Source: Somniosus microcephalus (taxonomy: Eukaryota). From it: 64,000 nucleotides of DNA. Each line of letters starts with the position of its first letter. The first letter of the stretch is position 1. The DNA is taken from contig CM126207.1 of NCBI GenBank assembly GCA_052327205.1, positions 218,178,001 to 218,242,000 of the forward strand, in the 5' to 3' direction. Of this stretch, positions 24,503 through 38,321 are shown piece by piece. The translations under genes and the position numbers were made by a program. Under the pieces are notes generated by a model that saw only the letters and a program-made list of their open reading frames with translations, was not told the DNA's origin and made no database searches.

Positions 24503-25077
24503 CAGGTAGACTATCCTTTATCCGAAAACCTCGGGACCAGCCGAGTTTCGGATAAAGGAGAATTTCGGATTTCGGAAGGTGGGTCGGCGGGGGTCCGCGG
24601 GGGGGTCGGCGGGGGGCCGTGCGCACGACTTACGCTGACGCTCAGCGTCAGTCGGGGTCGGCGGGGGTCGGGGCCGGCGGGGTACGCGGGGGGGGGGGCG
24701 GCGGTCGGCGGGGCCGGCGGGGGGGGTCGGCGGTTGTCGGGGCCGGCGGGGTCCGCGGGGGGGGTCGGCGGTTGTCGGGGCCGGCGGGGTCCGCGGGGGG
24801 GTCGGCGGTTGTCGGGGCCGGCGGGGTCCGCGGGGGGGTCGGGGCCGGCGGGGTCCGCGGGGGGGTCGGCGGTTGTCGGGGCTGGCGGGGTCGGCGGTTG
24901 TCGGGGCCGGCGGGGGGTCGTGCGCACGACTTACCCTTTATCCGAACTTCCAAAACTGGAACCCTCTAAAAACCGAAGGTTTTTTCGTTCGTACGCACGA
25001 CTTACGCTGAACGAAAAAACCTTCGGTTTTTAGAGGGTTTCGGTTTTCAGAAGTCCGGATAAAGGGTAGTCTACCTG
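24503..25077. mobile_element. Tc1/mariner (Tigger/pogo-like) MITE
   Basis: 22-bp TIRs CAGGTAGACTA(T/C)CCTTTATCCG with one mismatch; TA TSD at 24501-24502 and 25078-25079; no transposase. Confidence 0.9.
24580..24920 (+). repeat. G-rich minisatellite (about 35-36 bp units, gtcggcggttgtcggggccggcggggtccgcggggggg)
   Basis: Visible tandem units; the source of the spurious Pro/Gly-rich ORFs at 24511-25033. Confidence 0.9.
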
Positions 25078-26029
25078 TAGTAGTATTTGTTGTGCTAACT
25101 GGGGAGTTCCTGTTTTCTCGGCAGAATTATTTATATATGTAATTTGACTGTTCCTCTCTTCAGTAAATGCAGCACTGGCATTACTCTACATCTGCAGGAT
25201 GGAGAGACACTTTAAAGCAAAATAAAATGGGTGTTATATTTCAAGTTAAACTTTACCTTTCAAAGTATTGTCAATGATGAAAGATTAACATGACACTGTC
25301 TTTGAATGCGAACTACAGTCCATGCAGATTGAAGCGGTGGAATCATAGCACAGATATAAAAGAAAGTTAATATATTCCTTTTAAAACAATGATGCAGAAA
25401 ATAGTGTTGTAGATATAAGGTGCAGGGTTCTGACCTCCTTAATTTATTTCGCAGAATGTACACTCCGTCACGTACTCAAAACAATGGGAAAATTCTAGGT
25501 GTTGGTTACTACCACTGTTGGTGTTAAATCCAGCTAATTATTACACCAAATCAGTACAGTTAACAGGGCATAACTGTGAGAAGGGCATGTTCTGGGCATT
25601 TAATGGCAGCTTGGATGGAGACGAATATATTACACTATGCCCTCACTAATAAAACAAAATCCCTGACGTCCAGGAGTCAATCAGCTCAGGAAGTGCGGAA
25701 AGCAGAACACCAGGCCTCGGCCTGCACCATGATGTTCCAGTGCCCTCTAGTGACTCACTTAAACCCCTTTTTACTTGAGACCCTGAGTTTATAAATGAAC
25801 CTTATACCAACTAGTGTACCTGTTTCCCGGGGCTCATATATATTGCTCTGATAAACAAATCTGGATCAGTAAGTATTAAGACATTACAAAAGTGAATTAA
25901 GTTTTACTTCACTTTAGGGTTTTGTATAGTTATCAAAGTAGCACTGAGGAGAAAACCTTTGGAACAACACAAAACAGAGCTTTAGCACCCTCAAATTCTA
26001 TGTAACAAAGCACTGACAACAAAAATACA

Positions 26030-26290
26030 CGCAATTATATAGCAGCTTTAACATTGTAAATGTCACAAGGTGCTTAATAAAGCCAGAAAAAAAATGAGCT
26101 TTAGTAATAAAACTAGAGATGAGCAAGCATGGTCAGACAGGTTTTGAGGAGGCATTTGAAAATAGGGAGAGGTAGCAAATCAAAGAGGTTTAGGAAGAAA
26201 GTTACAAAGTAGAGGGCCAAGACAACTGAAGATGTATCAGTGGGGAGTGGAGGAATGCATGCGGCCAGAGTCAGAAGAGCAGAGGCTATG
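26030..26290 (-). mobile_element. Decayed L2 3' tail
   Basis: gcaattatatagcagctttaac...caaggtgct...ggttttgaggag resembles 50585-50800. Confidence 0.5.
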
Positions 26291-29200
26291 CACTGGCACG
26301 TGACATTTCATTTCCCTTATCTGCCAACTTTTGGGCTTCTCTACATGAAATTGTATTTTAAAAATATTTTCTGTAACACAAACCTGAGGTTCTAAATTGG
26401 GCAAAAGGACAACATATTTTCATTCAATATCTGGAACCTGGTTTGAATCCAGTCAAGGTTGTTGGTATACTTACTCTCTCTGACAGCTGCAAGTGCCTTA
26501 CATGGATGGCTTTCAGCAGTTGTCCTCCTGAATTTGGCTCCACAGCAGAAAACTGCCCAGAATTTGACACTAACTGTGCAGTCCCACTCACAGATCACAC
26601 CGGAGTAGTAAGGGGTGCTCATATGGGACTAGGGTTAAACATTTTTTTGGGACAAGTGATGAGGGAGCTTTAACCCACATTGCATCTGATATGGAATTGC
26701 TTCAGCTGAATTAGTTACATAAAGCAGAAAAGTGCAGTTTCCCACTATGATATTTCTCTCACCTCAATGGATAAGATTTTCACATAATTGCCAGTACCTT
26801 TGCTATAATTTGTGTCCCTTAATGTGAAAGTCTTAAATAAACTTGCCAGCAATTTTTTTCTTCATTGGAATGAAAGAAATAAAGCAATGAGAAGATATAG
26901 ACTATTGTACAACATAAGTATGACTTAATCATTAAAAGGAAAAAGGTATAGTTTATAAAAAGGAGTATACAGGCAGTCTATACAGCAATTAATTCTGCCA
27001 CCTTTCAGCACCATCTGTGCTCATTTTTCTCTCAACCAAATTCATCTGTTCCTATTTAAAGCACAGCCTTCAACATTTTTTCCGACTGTTTATATCTCAT
27101 CATCCAATGTTTCAAGTCCTGCAAACAGTTATGTAGCGGCTTGCACACTGACCCCAATAAGAAAATGTTTTCGCATGCACATTATTACAACACGATTATT
27201 TTCTTTGTTGGCTGGTCCGCACTGCATCTGGGCCATGTTTTTAAAAACTGGCAAAATGAATGCATGTTCTCAAAAAACATTATCTTAATAATAAGAGCAA
27301 TGTATGTGCCCAAAAGTAAAGATGGTGGTTGGGTTTTGCAGCACTGCTACCCTTTTTGATCAATGTAGTATATTTTCGAATGCAACGCCATTACAAAAAA
27401 GGGTGCTTTGTTTTAATATAGATTTTGCAGACTACCCCCACCGCCCATTAAAACATATTTTCCCTTTAAATTAAGCTTTTGAAAAACAAAACTCATATTT
27501 TGGATTTCTTTGAAAGCATAATGTTCTTATCTGGGAATATTGCATTATTAACAACACTCTTGTACAGATAACAATATACACTCAAATACTCCTTTTACCA
27601 TTGAATATTATTAAACACACTTTGGAGGCCATAAAGGCTGGAGCAGAGAATCAGAAGCTTTTCTGCTATTCTGTCATACTAATATGCAATTCTGGGGATA
27701 TACTGTATGTCATAACTCAATCAATTCCTACTGCTGATTTTATTTGCCATAATTAGGAAATTTGGTCAAATATGTACAAGTTTCTTTTTACTGGACATTT
27801 ACTGTCTTGTGCATCACATTTGCTATGTAGCCAAAATTATTGCTGTTTGAAAGTTTTTGAAAATGGCCACAATATACCCAGATTTGGTATTATGATGTAA
27901 ACTCTTTTTATTTAGACCATCACCGTTGTTATCTCAGCAGCACATTCTTATGACAACCACAAATAAACTATACATAGAATACATATTTTACCAAAACTCA
28001 TGTGGTTTGAAACCCAAACTAGTTTTCTCCAACAGAGCATTCATTCAACCAGAACTTTAATAAAGTTAAATAACAACCAGTGTGTGACCAAGAGCAACTT
28101 AAGTGTGTCAGAAGAAGTGGAAAGTGAGTTGTTATTTTTTCCAACTGAATGAACTATTGGTTTGTGTAAACAACACTATATATAAACCTGGCTGAACTGC
28201 AAATTATAGTGGAAAGAAATGCATACTGGCAACTGAATGACAGGACTGCTAAACTTTTACTTTTCATGCAAATCCCAGTAGCAAGCAAGTTGACACAATG
28301 TAGTATGCTGAGAAATACAAAAATGTTAGCCATTGAAACCTCTATAATTGGTCAGTCTGCTGAAACTAGTTTTATTCTCGAAGATCAAATTACGTTTACT
28401 ATTCTCCCCTCCCCACATGCAAAGTTTTCCTTACTATTATCTGAGTTTTGTCTGTAATCTTTGCGGACTGACCTTTCTGGTAGTATGTTCTCCAATCTTA
28501 AGCAGAACCTTACCTAGCTCATTAAAACTAACCTTTAACCTCTCAGATGGCAAAACAAACATAAATTACACTATGCTATAGCCCAAAGGTGAGCAAGATG
28601 AGAGTGTGGTAAATAAGGAATAATGCTAGAGCCAGATGGGTCAGACTTCCATTAAAGTCCTTTCAGAAACTATTAATCTTGCTTGTAGTCAGTGGGCTAG
28701 AAATAATTACTTCATCTAACCTATGTAATACAGCATGACTGCCAATTGGGACAGGTCAACTTTTAGCACTGTGGAACCACAAATCATCATAAGACCTACA
28801 GTTGATAGATGGAACAACATTCTGGCATTATTGAGACACTTTCAGAAAAATAAATTCACAAAAACAAATACAGAGTTTAGCTAGGCACCAATCTAATGTT
28901 TGTCCAAGTACTGGTGCCCCGTGGGCTATTGGGCTAAAGGCCTGGCGCCATGTCTTTCATACTGACAGTCTATTATACTTGGCTATGTTGAGCAACTGAC
29001 AAGCCTGAGTGGCAGATAGTAATAACACTGCTTACCCATATGCAAGCTTCTATCTTTTTGTACCTGACAAAATGCCTGGTAAAAGCTGCTTAAGGGGATG
29101 GTTACCCAAAATCCCCTGCATTCTTGTTAGGACTGGTATCCCAGGTGCAAATTTAATTACTTCAGGTGAACTATCCTGTCTTGTCTAGGGGTCCTTCAGA

Positions 29201-30194
29201 ATGCAACTGTAAACAACCTGTACAATGTAATCAGGTGTCACTGGCGTGTTTGATCTCCTACAAAAGATGTCACAAATCCATGGCAGATCCTGGGTTGAGA
29301 CAAAGAACAAAAGAAAATACCTGCCAGAGAATTCTGCAGAAGATTATGTGAGTGTGTCTATTAGTACTCTACATCCTCATTCTCCTGTCTCATGCTGTCC
29401 ATACAAAGTGCTACTTGTCTGACAGAGTGCTCAACTGCCAATATGATCAAACAGAAAAAGCAATAGCTAGATAAATAAATTACAATGCTTCTTTACTAAA
29501 CCTTTACAATACTACACTGCCTGAATTTGATAAAATATTAAATGCCTTAAACTATAAAAGTAAAGTTATTCAATACAGCATCCAGAAAAAAATGGTAAAC
29601 TATTGTACCTTGTACGTGTGCTAGCTTTTCACTTTAGTTTCATTTAGTGCAGCACGTGCTTCAAACAGTGCAGTTAGCCTCCCCTTGGCACAACCATCAC
29701 AAGAAGAACAGTGAAAGAATAGCAGTGTTGAAAATCACTATTGTTTGCTTAGACAGTTGGGGCATAAATGACTTAGAAACTCCAAATCCAGAGAGTATGA
29801 GTCCTAACCTAGTCACTGGCATTCAAACCTGCTTATCTACAATTAACTTTGACACTTCTCAGATAGAAAGCAAGATGGAAAGACTGCTATAGTGAATCAC
29901 TCCATCTCTCGTGTGCGAGGGGGGAAAAGAAAGGAAGAATGATCTTTCAGTACCATTCTGTCTTGCAGAAACACAGCCAGTCACAGAGTAGCATAGAGAG
30001 CAATGGGAAGATAGAGAGTCATCCAGAGGAGATTTCCCTGTCCTCTGACTGGAGGATTGTTGGTAGAGGCATCATAGCAGACAAAAAAGGGAGAAAACAG
30101 GGAAATAAATACTAAAGGAAACCGAATTAATCCTTGAACATTTATGTGGCATATAGACAGTCACATTATCAGAATACAATTGAACAGATCTTTG

Positions 30195-30622
30195 TGAGGG
30201 TACAGTAGTGCAGTGGTCATTTTACTGGACTAGTAATCCAGAGGCCCGGACTAATCCAAAGAATGCGAGTTCAAATCCCACAATGGCAGTTTAAGAATTT
30301 GAATCTGGAAACAAAAAGCTGGTATCAATAAAAATGACCATGAAGCTGCCCAAAAAACCCAAGAAAGCCTGGCTGCCTGACAACGTTCCCCCTAATTTTG
30401 TTTGGGTGCGCGGTCCATTCAAAGTTTCGCTCATGCACTAAATTTCACACTGGAAAAGCCAGTCCTGGGCTGCGCTTAAAGGGAACGTTGCTGCCTGCTA
30501 CCTTTGCTCAGTCTGGCCACTGTGGTTGACTCTTAACTGCCCTCTGAAGTGACCTAGAGAAGTGACTCCGTTGTATCAAACTGCTAAAAAACAGATGGGC
30601 AATAAATGCCAGCTTTGTCAGA
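30195..30622 (+). mobile_element. tRNA-derived SINE whose tail resembles the 3' end of the LINE at 3545-5071
   Basis: A-box-like tagtgcagtgg; B-box-like gagttcaaatcc; tail gatgggcaataaatgccagc. Confidence 0.7.
30381..30490. mobile_element. 110-bp hAT-like MITE nested in the SINE
   Basis: TIR CAACGTTCCC...GGGAACGTTG; 8-bp flanks CTGCCTGA / CTGCCTGC (7/8). Confidence 0.75.
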
Positions 30623-30791
30623 AAATTAATAAGAAATGGATCACGGGGAGAAATGTAAACTTCATGTCCAGATTAATCTCATAAATATACAAATTGAAGT
30701 CATTATCCTAAAGTGCCAGATAGACGCAAATTATGTTATTGGTACAAAATTCTTCTCTGCCCAACTACAGAGATTCACAATTCCTGATCTT

Positions 30792-31113
30792 TGATATACC
30801 TATCAATTCATCCAATGAAAAGCGACGAGTTAAGAAAGTAACTATAGGTTTTTATTGGCTAAATAACAGAGCCCACCCTCGTGGGTGATCGGATCCAACA
30901 AGGAGGAATACCAGCCAGTCGACCACCTTTATACCTGGGCAAGTAGGCGGAGCTATGGGCGGAGTCAGCAGTGGTCAGCCCAGGTATAACAGCGTGGCAA
31001 GAGGCGACCTCGTGTAGTGATACAACAGTGTAAACAGTGATAACCATAGAGTAACGATATAACAGTGATAACCATAGTGTAACGGTAGTGAACGATAAAA
31101 GTGGTTTACCACA
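30792..31113 (-). repeat. 3' LTR of Gypsy A2 (322 bp)
   Basis: Identical to 38322-38615 except for one extra 28-bp U3 unit. Confidence 0.95.
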
Positions 31114-31155
31114 TTCACCCCTTGTTTAGATTTGAGTCCGGCGGGGTGAAGTGTA

Positions 31156-34100
31156 CTACCAGTTCGAGTATGTCAGTCTGTCCGGAGGCCTCGTAAGTCT
31201 TTCTGATCGGCGCAGCAGCGGCGGCGCTGTTGCAGTCTCCGGCGTTAATGCTGGTGTCTGCGTGGTTGACGAAGGCTCGTGGGGTTCCGGCATGCCGTCT
31301 ACCTGGGCTGGATTTGGGGGGGTGGTGGGGGGTAACGGCGGTGTCTCAGGGGTGCCCGAGGGTGCAAGGTCTCGTAAGGAGACTGTGTCCTCCCGCCCGT
31401 CTGGGTATGCCACGTAGGCGTACTGGGGGTTGGCGTGCAGGAGGACCACCCTCTCGACCAGGGGGTCCGTTTTATGGGCCCTCACATGCTTTCGCAGTAA
31501 GACGGGCCCCGGAGAAGTCAGCCAAGTTGGCAGCGTGGTTCCCGTAGTCGATTTCCTGGGGAAAACAAACATTCGTTCATGGGGGGTGGCGTTAATGGCA
31601 GTGCAAAGCAGTGACCGGATGGAATGCAGCGCTGCCGGGAGGACTTCCTGCCAGCGAGAGGTTGGGAGGCCCTTAGACTTTAAGGCTAAAAGAACGGCCT
31701 TCCAGACAGTCGCGTTCTCTCTTTCCACCTTCCACCATAGGAATAGGAAGATAGAACAGATGAATGCGTGGCTAAAGGGATGGTGCAGGGGGGAGGGCTT
31801 TAGTTTCCTGGATCACTGGGTCTGCTTCTGGGAAAGGTGGGACTTGTACAAGTCGGACGGTTTACACCTGAACCAGAGGGGAACCAATATCCTTGCGGGG
31901 AGGTTTGCTAGCACTGCTGGGGGGGGGTTTAAACTAACTTGGCAGGGGGATGGGGTACAGAGTGGAGCTATAGTAGGGGGTGATTTACAGCCAAATACAG
32001 AGGGAAAAACAAGTCAGCTGGGAAGGCAGAGCAAATATGTGAAGGCAAAAGAGAATATGGCAGGGCTGGAAGGCATTTATTTTAATGCAAGGAGTCTTGC
32101 AAATAAGGTGGATGAACTGAAGTTGTTGTTGAACACATGGGAGTACGATATTGTTGCTATCACGGAGACATGGTTGAGGGAGGGTCAGGACTGGCAGCTC
32201 AATATTCCGTCAGGCGAGACAGAGGGGGGTGTAAAAGGGGAGGAGGTGTTGCAATATTAATTAAGGAGTCAATTACTGCTGTAAGGAGGGATGATATATT
32301 AGCGGGTTCCTCTAATGAGGCCATATGGGTAGAACTTAAAAACAAAAAGGGGGCAAGCACTTTGCTGGGAGTGTACTATAGGCCCCCAAACAGTCAGGGG
32401 GAGATAGAGGAACAGATATGTAGGCAAATCTCAGAAAAGTGCGAAAATAATAGGGTAATAATAGTGGGGGATTTCAACTTCCCCAATATAAATTGGGATA
32501 GTCAGAGTGTGAAAGGCTTAGAGGGTGCAAAATTCTTAAAGTGCATCCAGGAGAGCTTTTTGAGCCAACATGTAGAAAGTCCTACAAGAGAGGGGGCGGT
32601 ACTGGACCTAATTCTGGGGAATGTAGCCGGGCAAGTGGTGGAAGTGTCAGTAGGAGAGCATTTTGGCGACAGTGACCATAATTCGGTGAGATTTAAGGTG
32701 GTCATGGAAAAAGACAAAGACGGCCCGGAAATAAGGGTTCTAAATTGGGGGAAGGCCGATTTTAATATGATAAGGCAGGATCTGGCCAAAGTGGACTGGG
32801 AGCAGCAACTTATAGGAAAATCCACATCAAAACAGTGGGAGACTTTCAGAAGGGAAATAGAGAGAGTACAACGCCAACATGTTCCTGTAAAGGTCAAGGG
32901 TGGGACCAACAAGCAAAGGGAACCTTGGATGACAAGGGATATACAAAAATGCATTAGAAATAAAAGGGGGGCTTTTGGCAGTTACAAAAGACTAAAGACG
33001 GAAGAAGCCCTAGAGGAGTATAAAAAGTGCAGGGGCATACTTAAAAAAGAAATTAGGAGGGCGAGGAGGGGCCATGAAATAACACTGGCGAGCAAAATAA
33101 AGGAAAATCCTAAGATGTTTTATAAGTATATTAAGGGCAAGAGGATAACCAGGGAAAGGGTAGGGCCCATTAGGGACCAAAGAGGCAATCGGTGTGGAGA
33201 GCCAGATGATGTAGGCGGGGTTTTAAATGAATTTTTTGCATCTGTGTTCACTATGGAGAAAGACGATGCAGACATAGAAATCGGGCAAGGGGACTGTGAC
33301 ATACTTGAACATATTAGCATCGAGAGGGAGGAGGTGCTAGCGGTTTTAGCAGGCCAAAAAGTGGATAAATCCCCAGGCCCGGACGAGATGTATCCCAGGC
33401 TGCTGTGGGAGGCAAACGAGGAGATTGCAGGGGCTCTGACACAAATTTTCAGAACCTCTCTGGCCACAGGGGATGTACCAGAGGACTGGAGAACAGCTAA
33501 CGTAGTACCATTATTCAAGAAGGGTAGCAGGGATAAACCAGGGAATTACAGGCCAGTGAGCCTAACATCTGTGGTAGGGAAATTATTGGAAAAAATTCTG
33601 AGGGACAAAATTAGTCTCCACTTGGAGAGGCAAGGATTAATCGGGGATAGTCAGCATGGCTTTGTCAAGGGTAAATCATGTCTGACAAATCTGATTGAAT
33701 TTTTCGAGGGGGTGACTAGGGGGGTGGATGAGGGAAATGCTGTGGATGTGGTTTACATGGACTTCAGTAAAGCTTTTGACAAAGTCCCGCATAGGAGACT
33801 GGTCAAGAAGGTAAGAGCCCATGGGATCTAGGGTGCCTTGGCGCGTTGGATCCTAAACTGGCTGAGTGGCAGGAGGCAGAGGGTGATGGTCGAAGGTTGC
33901 TTTTGTGACTGGAAGCCTGTGTCCAGTGGGGTACCTCAGGGATCGGTGCTGGGTCCCTTGTTGTTTGTGATCTACATAAATGATCTGGATGAGAATGTAA
34001 AAGGTATGATCAGTAAGTTCGCAGATGACACGAAAATTGGTGGGGTGGTAAATTGCGAGGAGGAAAGCCTCAGGCTACAGGACGATATAAACGGGTTGGT

Positions 34101-37100
34101 CAGATGGGCGGAAAAGTGGCAAATGGAATTTAACCCTGAAAAGTGCGAGGTGATTCATTTTGGACGGACAAATAAGGCAAGGGAATACACAATGAGTGGT
34201 AGGACCCGAGGAAGTACAGAGGGTCAGAGGGACCTTGGTGTACATGTACATAGATCCCTGAAGGCAGCGGAACAGGTAGAGAAGGTGGTTAAAAAGGCAT
34301 ATGGGATACTTGCCTTCATTAGCCGAGGCATAGAATATAAGAGCAGGGAGGTTATGATGGAGCTGTACAAAACGCTGGTGAGGCCACAGCTGGAGTACTG
34401 TGTGCAGTTCTGGTCGCCTCACTATAGGAAGGATGTGATTGCTTTGGAGAGGGTGCAGAGAAGATTCACCAGGATGTTACCTGGGATGGAGCGCCTCCGC
34501 TATGAAGAGAGGCTGGACAGGCTGGGGTTGTTTTCCTTGGAGCAAAGAAGGCTGAGGGGGGACCTGATTGAGGTGTACAAAATGATGAGGGGCATAGATA
34601 GGGTAGATAAAAAGAGGAACTTTTCCCCTTAGTAGGGGGGTCAATAACAAGGGGGCATAGATTCAGGGTAAGGGGCAGGAGATTTAGAGGGGATTTGAGG
34701 AGGAACTTTTTCACCCAGAGGGTGGTTGGAATGTGGAACTCACTGCCTGAAAGGGTGGTAGAGGCAGGAACCCTCACAACATTCAAGAAGCATTTGGATG
34801 AGCACTTGAAATGCCATTGCATACAAGGCTATGGACCAAATGCTGGAAAATGGGATTAGACTGGACAGGGATGGATGGGCGGCGCAGACACGATGGGCCG
34901 AAGGGCCTCTTTCTGTGCTGTAAAACTCTATGACTCTATGACTATGGGTTGTCGCTGGTGGTCCTGCTTGCAGCGATACCTCTCGCTAATAGGAACTGGC
35001 GAAGTTCCTCGCTCATGAAGGAGGAGCCCCGGTCGCTATGTATATAGTTCGGGAACCCGAACAAGGCGAAGAGGTCGTTCAGGCATTTGATGACCGTGGT
35101 GCTGGTCATGTCTGGGCAGGGGAAGGCAAAGGGGAAACGGGAGTACTCATCAATGATGTTGAGGAAGTACACATTACGGTCAGAGGACGGGAGGGGCCCC
35201 TTAAAATCGATGCTCAAGCGCTCGAAGGGGCGGGTGGCCTTGATCAGGCTTGCTCTGTCCGGCCTAAAGAAATGCGGTTTGCATTCGGCACAGGTTTGGC
35301 AGTTCCTGGTCATGGTCCTGACCTCCTCGATGGAGTAGGGCAGGTTGCGGGCCTTAATGAAGTGGTAAAGTCTGGTGACCCCGGGGTGGCAGAGGTCGTT
35401 GTGGAGGGTCTGCAGTCTATCAGTTTGCACGTTGGCGCATGTACTTCGTGATAGAGCATCTGGGGGTTCGTTCAGTTTACCAGGCCAGTACAAGATATCA
35501 TAATCATAGGTGGAGAGCTCGATTCTCCACCTCAAGATCTTGTCGTTCTTGATTTTGCCCCTCAGCTTGTTATTAAACATAAAAGCGACCGAACGCTGGT
35601 CGGTGAGGAGGGTAAATCGTTTGCCTGCCAGGTAATGCCTCCAGCGTCGTACAGCCTCCATGATCGCCTGGGCCTCCTTCTCGACCGAAGAGTGTCGGAT
35701 CTCAGGGCCCTGGAGGGTCCTTGAGAAGAAGGCCACCGGTCTCCCCTCCTGGTTAAGGGTTGCGGCTAGGGCGAAGTCGGATGCATCGCTCTCCACTTGG
35801 AAAGGGATAGACTCATCCACCGCGTGCATTGTGGCCTTAGCAATGTCTCCCTTAATGAGGGAGAAGGCTGCGCACGCTTCTGCCGTCAGGAGGAAGGAGG
35901 TGGACTTCATGAGGGGTCTGGCTTTGTCCGCATAATTTGGCACCCATTGGGCATAGTAGGCGAAGAGCCCCAGGGTTCTCTTCAGCGCCTTTGGACAGTG
36001 GGGGAGGGGAAGCTCCATGAGGGGGCGCATTCTTTCGGGGTCGGGGCCGATGACTCCGTTCTCTACTACGCAGCCGAGGATGGCAAGGCGCGAGGTGTTA
36101 AACACACATTTCTCCTTATTGTAGGTGAGGTTCAGCCGTTGGGCCGTACGGAGGAATGTTTCCAGATTAACATCGTGGTCCTGCCGGTCGCGGCCGCAGA
36201 TGGTGACGTTATCTAGATAGGGGAACGTGGCGTGCAGCCCGTTCTGGTCAACCATCCGGTCCATCTCCCTTTAGAAGACCGAAACCCCGTTGGTGACGCC
36301 GAAGGGAACCCTAAGGAAGTGGTAGAGGCGGCCGTTCGCCTCGAAGGCTGTATACTGGCGGTCCTCAGGGCGGATAGGGAGTTGGTGATAGGCCGACTTA
36401 AGGTCGATGGTGGAGAATACCCGGTACTGCGCAATCTGATTGACCATATCAGATATGCGGGGAAGGGGGTATGCGTCCAGCTGGGTGTACCGGTTTATGG
36501 TTTGGCTGTAGTCGATGACTAGGCGGTTTTTATCGCCGGTCTTAACGACTACGACCTGGGCACGCCAGGGGCTGTTGCTCCTCTCGATGATGCCCTCCTT
36601 CAGGAGACGCTGCACCTCACAGCTAATAAAAGCTCTGTCCCCGGCGCTGTACCGCCTGCTCTTGGTGGCGACGGGTTTACAGTCGCGGGTGAGGTTAGCG
36701 AACAGGGAGGGTGGCGGGACCTTGAGGGTGGATAGGCCGCAGGTGGTATGCGGTGTGCGGTTTAAAGGCTGCTGGTTGTCGACTGTGAGTGGGGGGAGGG
36801 GTCCACCGTATGCCAAAGTGACACTTTGCAGGTGGGATTGGAAGTCCAGCCCTAGTAGGACGGCAGCGCAGAGCTGGGGCAGGACGAGGAGTTTAAAATT
36901 TTTATACTCCGTGCCCCTAACCGACAGGGTCACAATACAGTAGCCGCTGATGTCTGTAGAATGGGACCTCGATGCCATCGAGATCCGGTTGCGCGTTGGC
37001 CGGACAGTGAGGGAGTAGTGGCTCACCGTGTCTGGATGTATGAAACTCTCCGTGCTTCCGCTGTCGAACAGGCAGGTCGTGGCGTGGCCGTTTACTTTGA

Positions 37101-38298
37101 TGTCCATCATGGACTTGGACAGGTGATGTGGGCGAGCTTGGTCCAGTGTGACGGAGGCTAGTGTATGGCTGAGCGAGCTGCTGTAGTCTGCGGGTGAGGC
37201 GGTGGTCGGGTCTGGCGACAAGGTGGCGGTCGACTGTGGTGGACAAAATGTCGGCGCCCACGAGGTTGAATAAGATGGCTGCCCCCACAACTCACATGAG
37301 GCATTGCTGGTGTCGGTTGCCTTGATCAAAGATGGCCGCCCCCACGACTCACACGAGGGGATACTGGCATCTGTGGCCTGGATGAAAGATGGCCGCCCCC
37401 ACAATTCGCATGAGGCACTGCTGGCGTCTGTGGCTCTCCCCCTGCAGGCCTTCGCGAAGTGGCCTTTCTTCTGGCAATGGGAGCAAGTCGCGTTTCTCGC
37501 AGGGCAGCGTGTCCTCGGGTGTTTCACCTGGCCACAGAAGAAGCAGCCGGCGGCCCGATCGCGGGGGTCCGATGTTGCAGCCGGTACCGGGGGTGGCGGT
37601 CCCGATCGGTTCTGGGACGCCGACGCTGAGGTAAGTCCCGGAGGCGGCGTTGCGAGGGGTATTGCGGCCGGGGTCGGGCCGGAGTCCCAGGGTCGCGCAG
37701 TACAGTACCTGGAATACGCCTCGAGGTCCCGATGGGCCACTTCCAGGGAGCGGGCGAGGGCTGCAGCTGTGTTCAGGTCGAGGTCCTTTGATTCCAGCAG
37801 TCTTTGCCGTGAGTAGTCGGACCGAAGGCCTTTCACGAAGGCATCGCGGATATTCTCTTCAGTATTTTCTGCAGCCGTTACCGCTTTAAAGTCACAGTCC
37901 CTGCCGAGTGTTTGTAGCGCCCGTAAAAATTCATCTACAGACTCTCCTGGCTGTTGCGGGCGGGATCTTAGGAGGTGTCTGGCATACATAGAATTTACCG
38001 GGCTCCGGTACTGCTGTTTCAGCAGGTTGATGGCGGCCTCGTATGTAGTAAGGTCCTGTATGAGTGCGAATACTTTCGGGCTCACTTGGGCGGTCAGCAC
38101 TCTTAGTTTGGATCTCTGAGGCACGCCGGATTCTCCCAGATAGGATTCGAAACAGCTCAGCCAGTGTTTGAAGTCGAGGGCTGAGTTTGCTGCCTGTGGG
38201 TTTAGATCCAGGTACGGCGGTCGGAGGGCTCGCAGCCAGGCCGGCTGCTGTGGCTGTTGTAGCTGGGCGTCTGACTAGTCTGACGGTTCGTTAGACAT
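31156..38298 (-). pseudogene. Disrupted gag-pol of Gypsy A2
   Basis: ATG at 38298; TAG at codon 8 (38275-38277); TAA at 36271-36273 in RT; CR1 insertion at 31731-34945 in the integrase; pieces seen as ORFs 36271-38124, 34942-36264 and 31156-31728. Confidence 0.92.
31731..34945 (+). mobile_element. CR1 LINE (end of esterase ORF1 plus ORF2) nested in Gypsy A2
   Basis: ORF1 end has DGLHLN; ORF2 has YFNARS, ITETWL, VGDFN, NYRPVSLTS, KFADD, with a frameshift near 32210 and TAG at 33829; tail (ACTCTATG)n. Confidence 0.95.
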
Positions 38299-38321
38299 TT
38301 TTAAAATTTAGCCAATAAAAT

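Noticed and set aside
24511-25033. Pro/Gly/Arg-rich ORFs on both strands
   Set aside because: Translations of a minisatellite inside a MITE.
31430-32260. 276-aa ORF that looks like a novel fusion protein
   Set aside because: It is an antisense integrase frame running across the insertion junction into the CR1 ORF1 end, a by-product of nesting.
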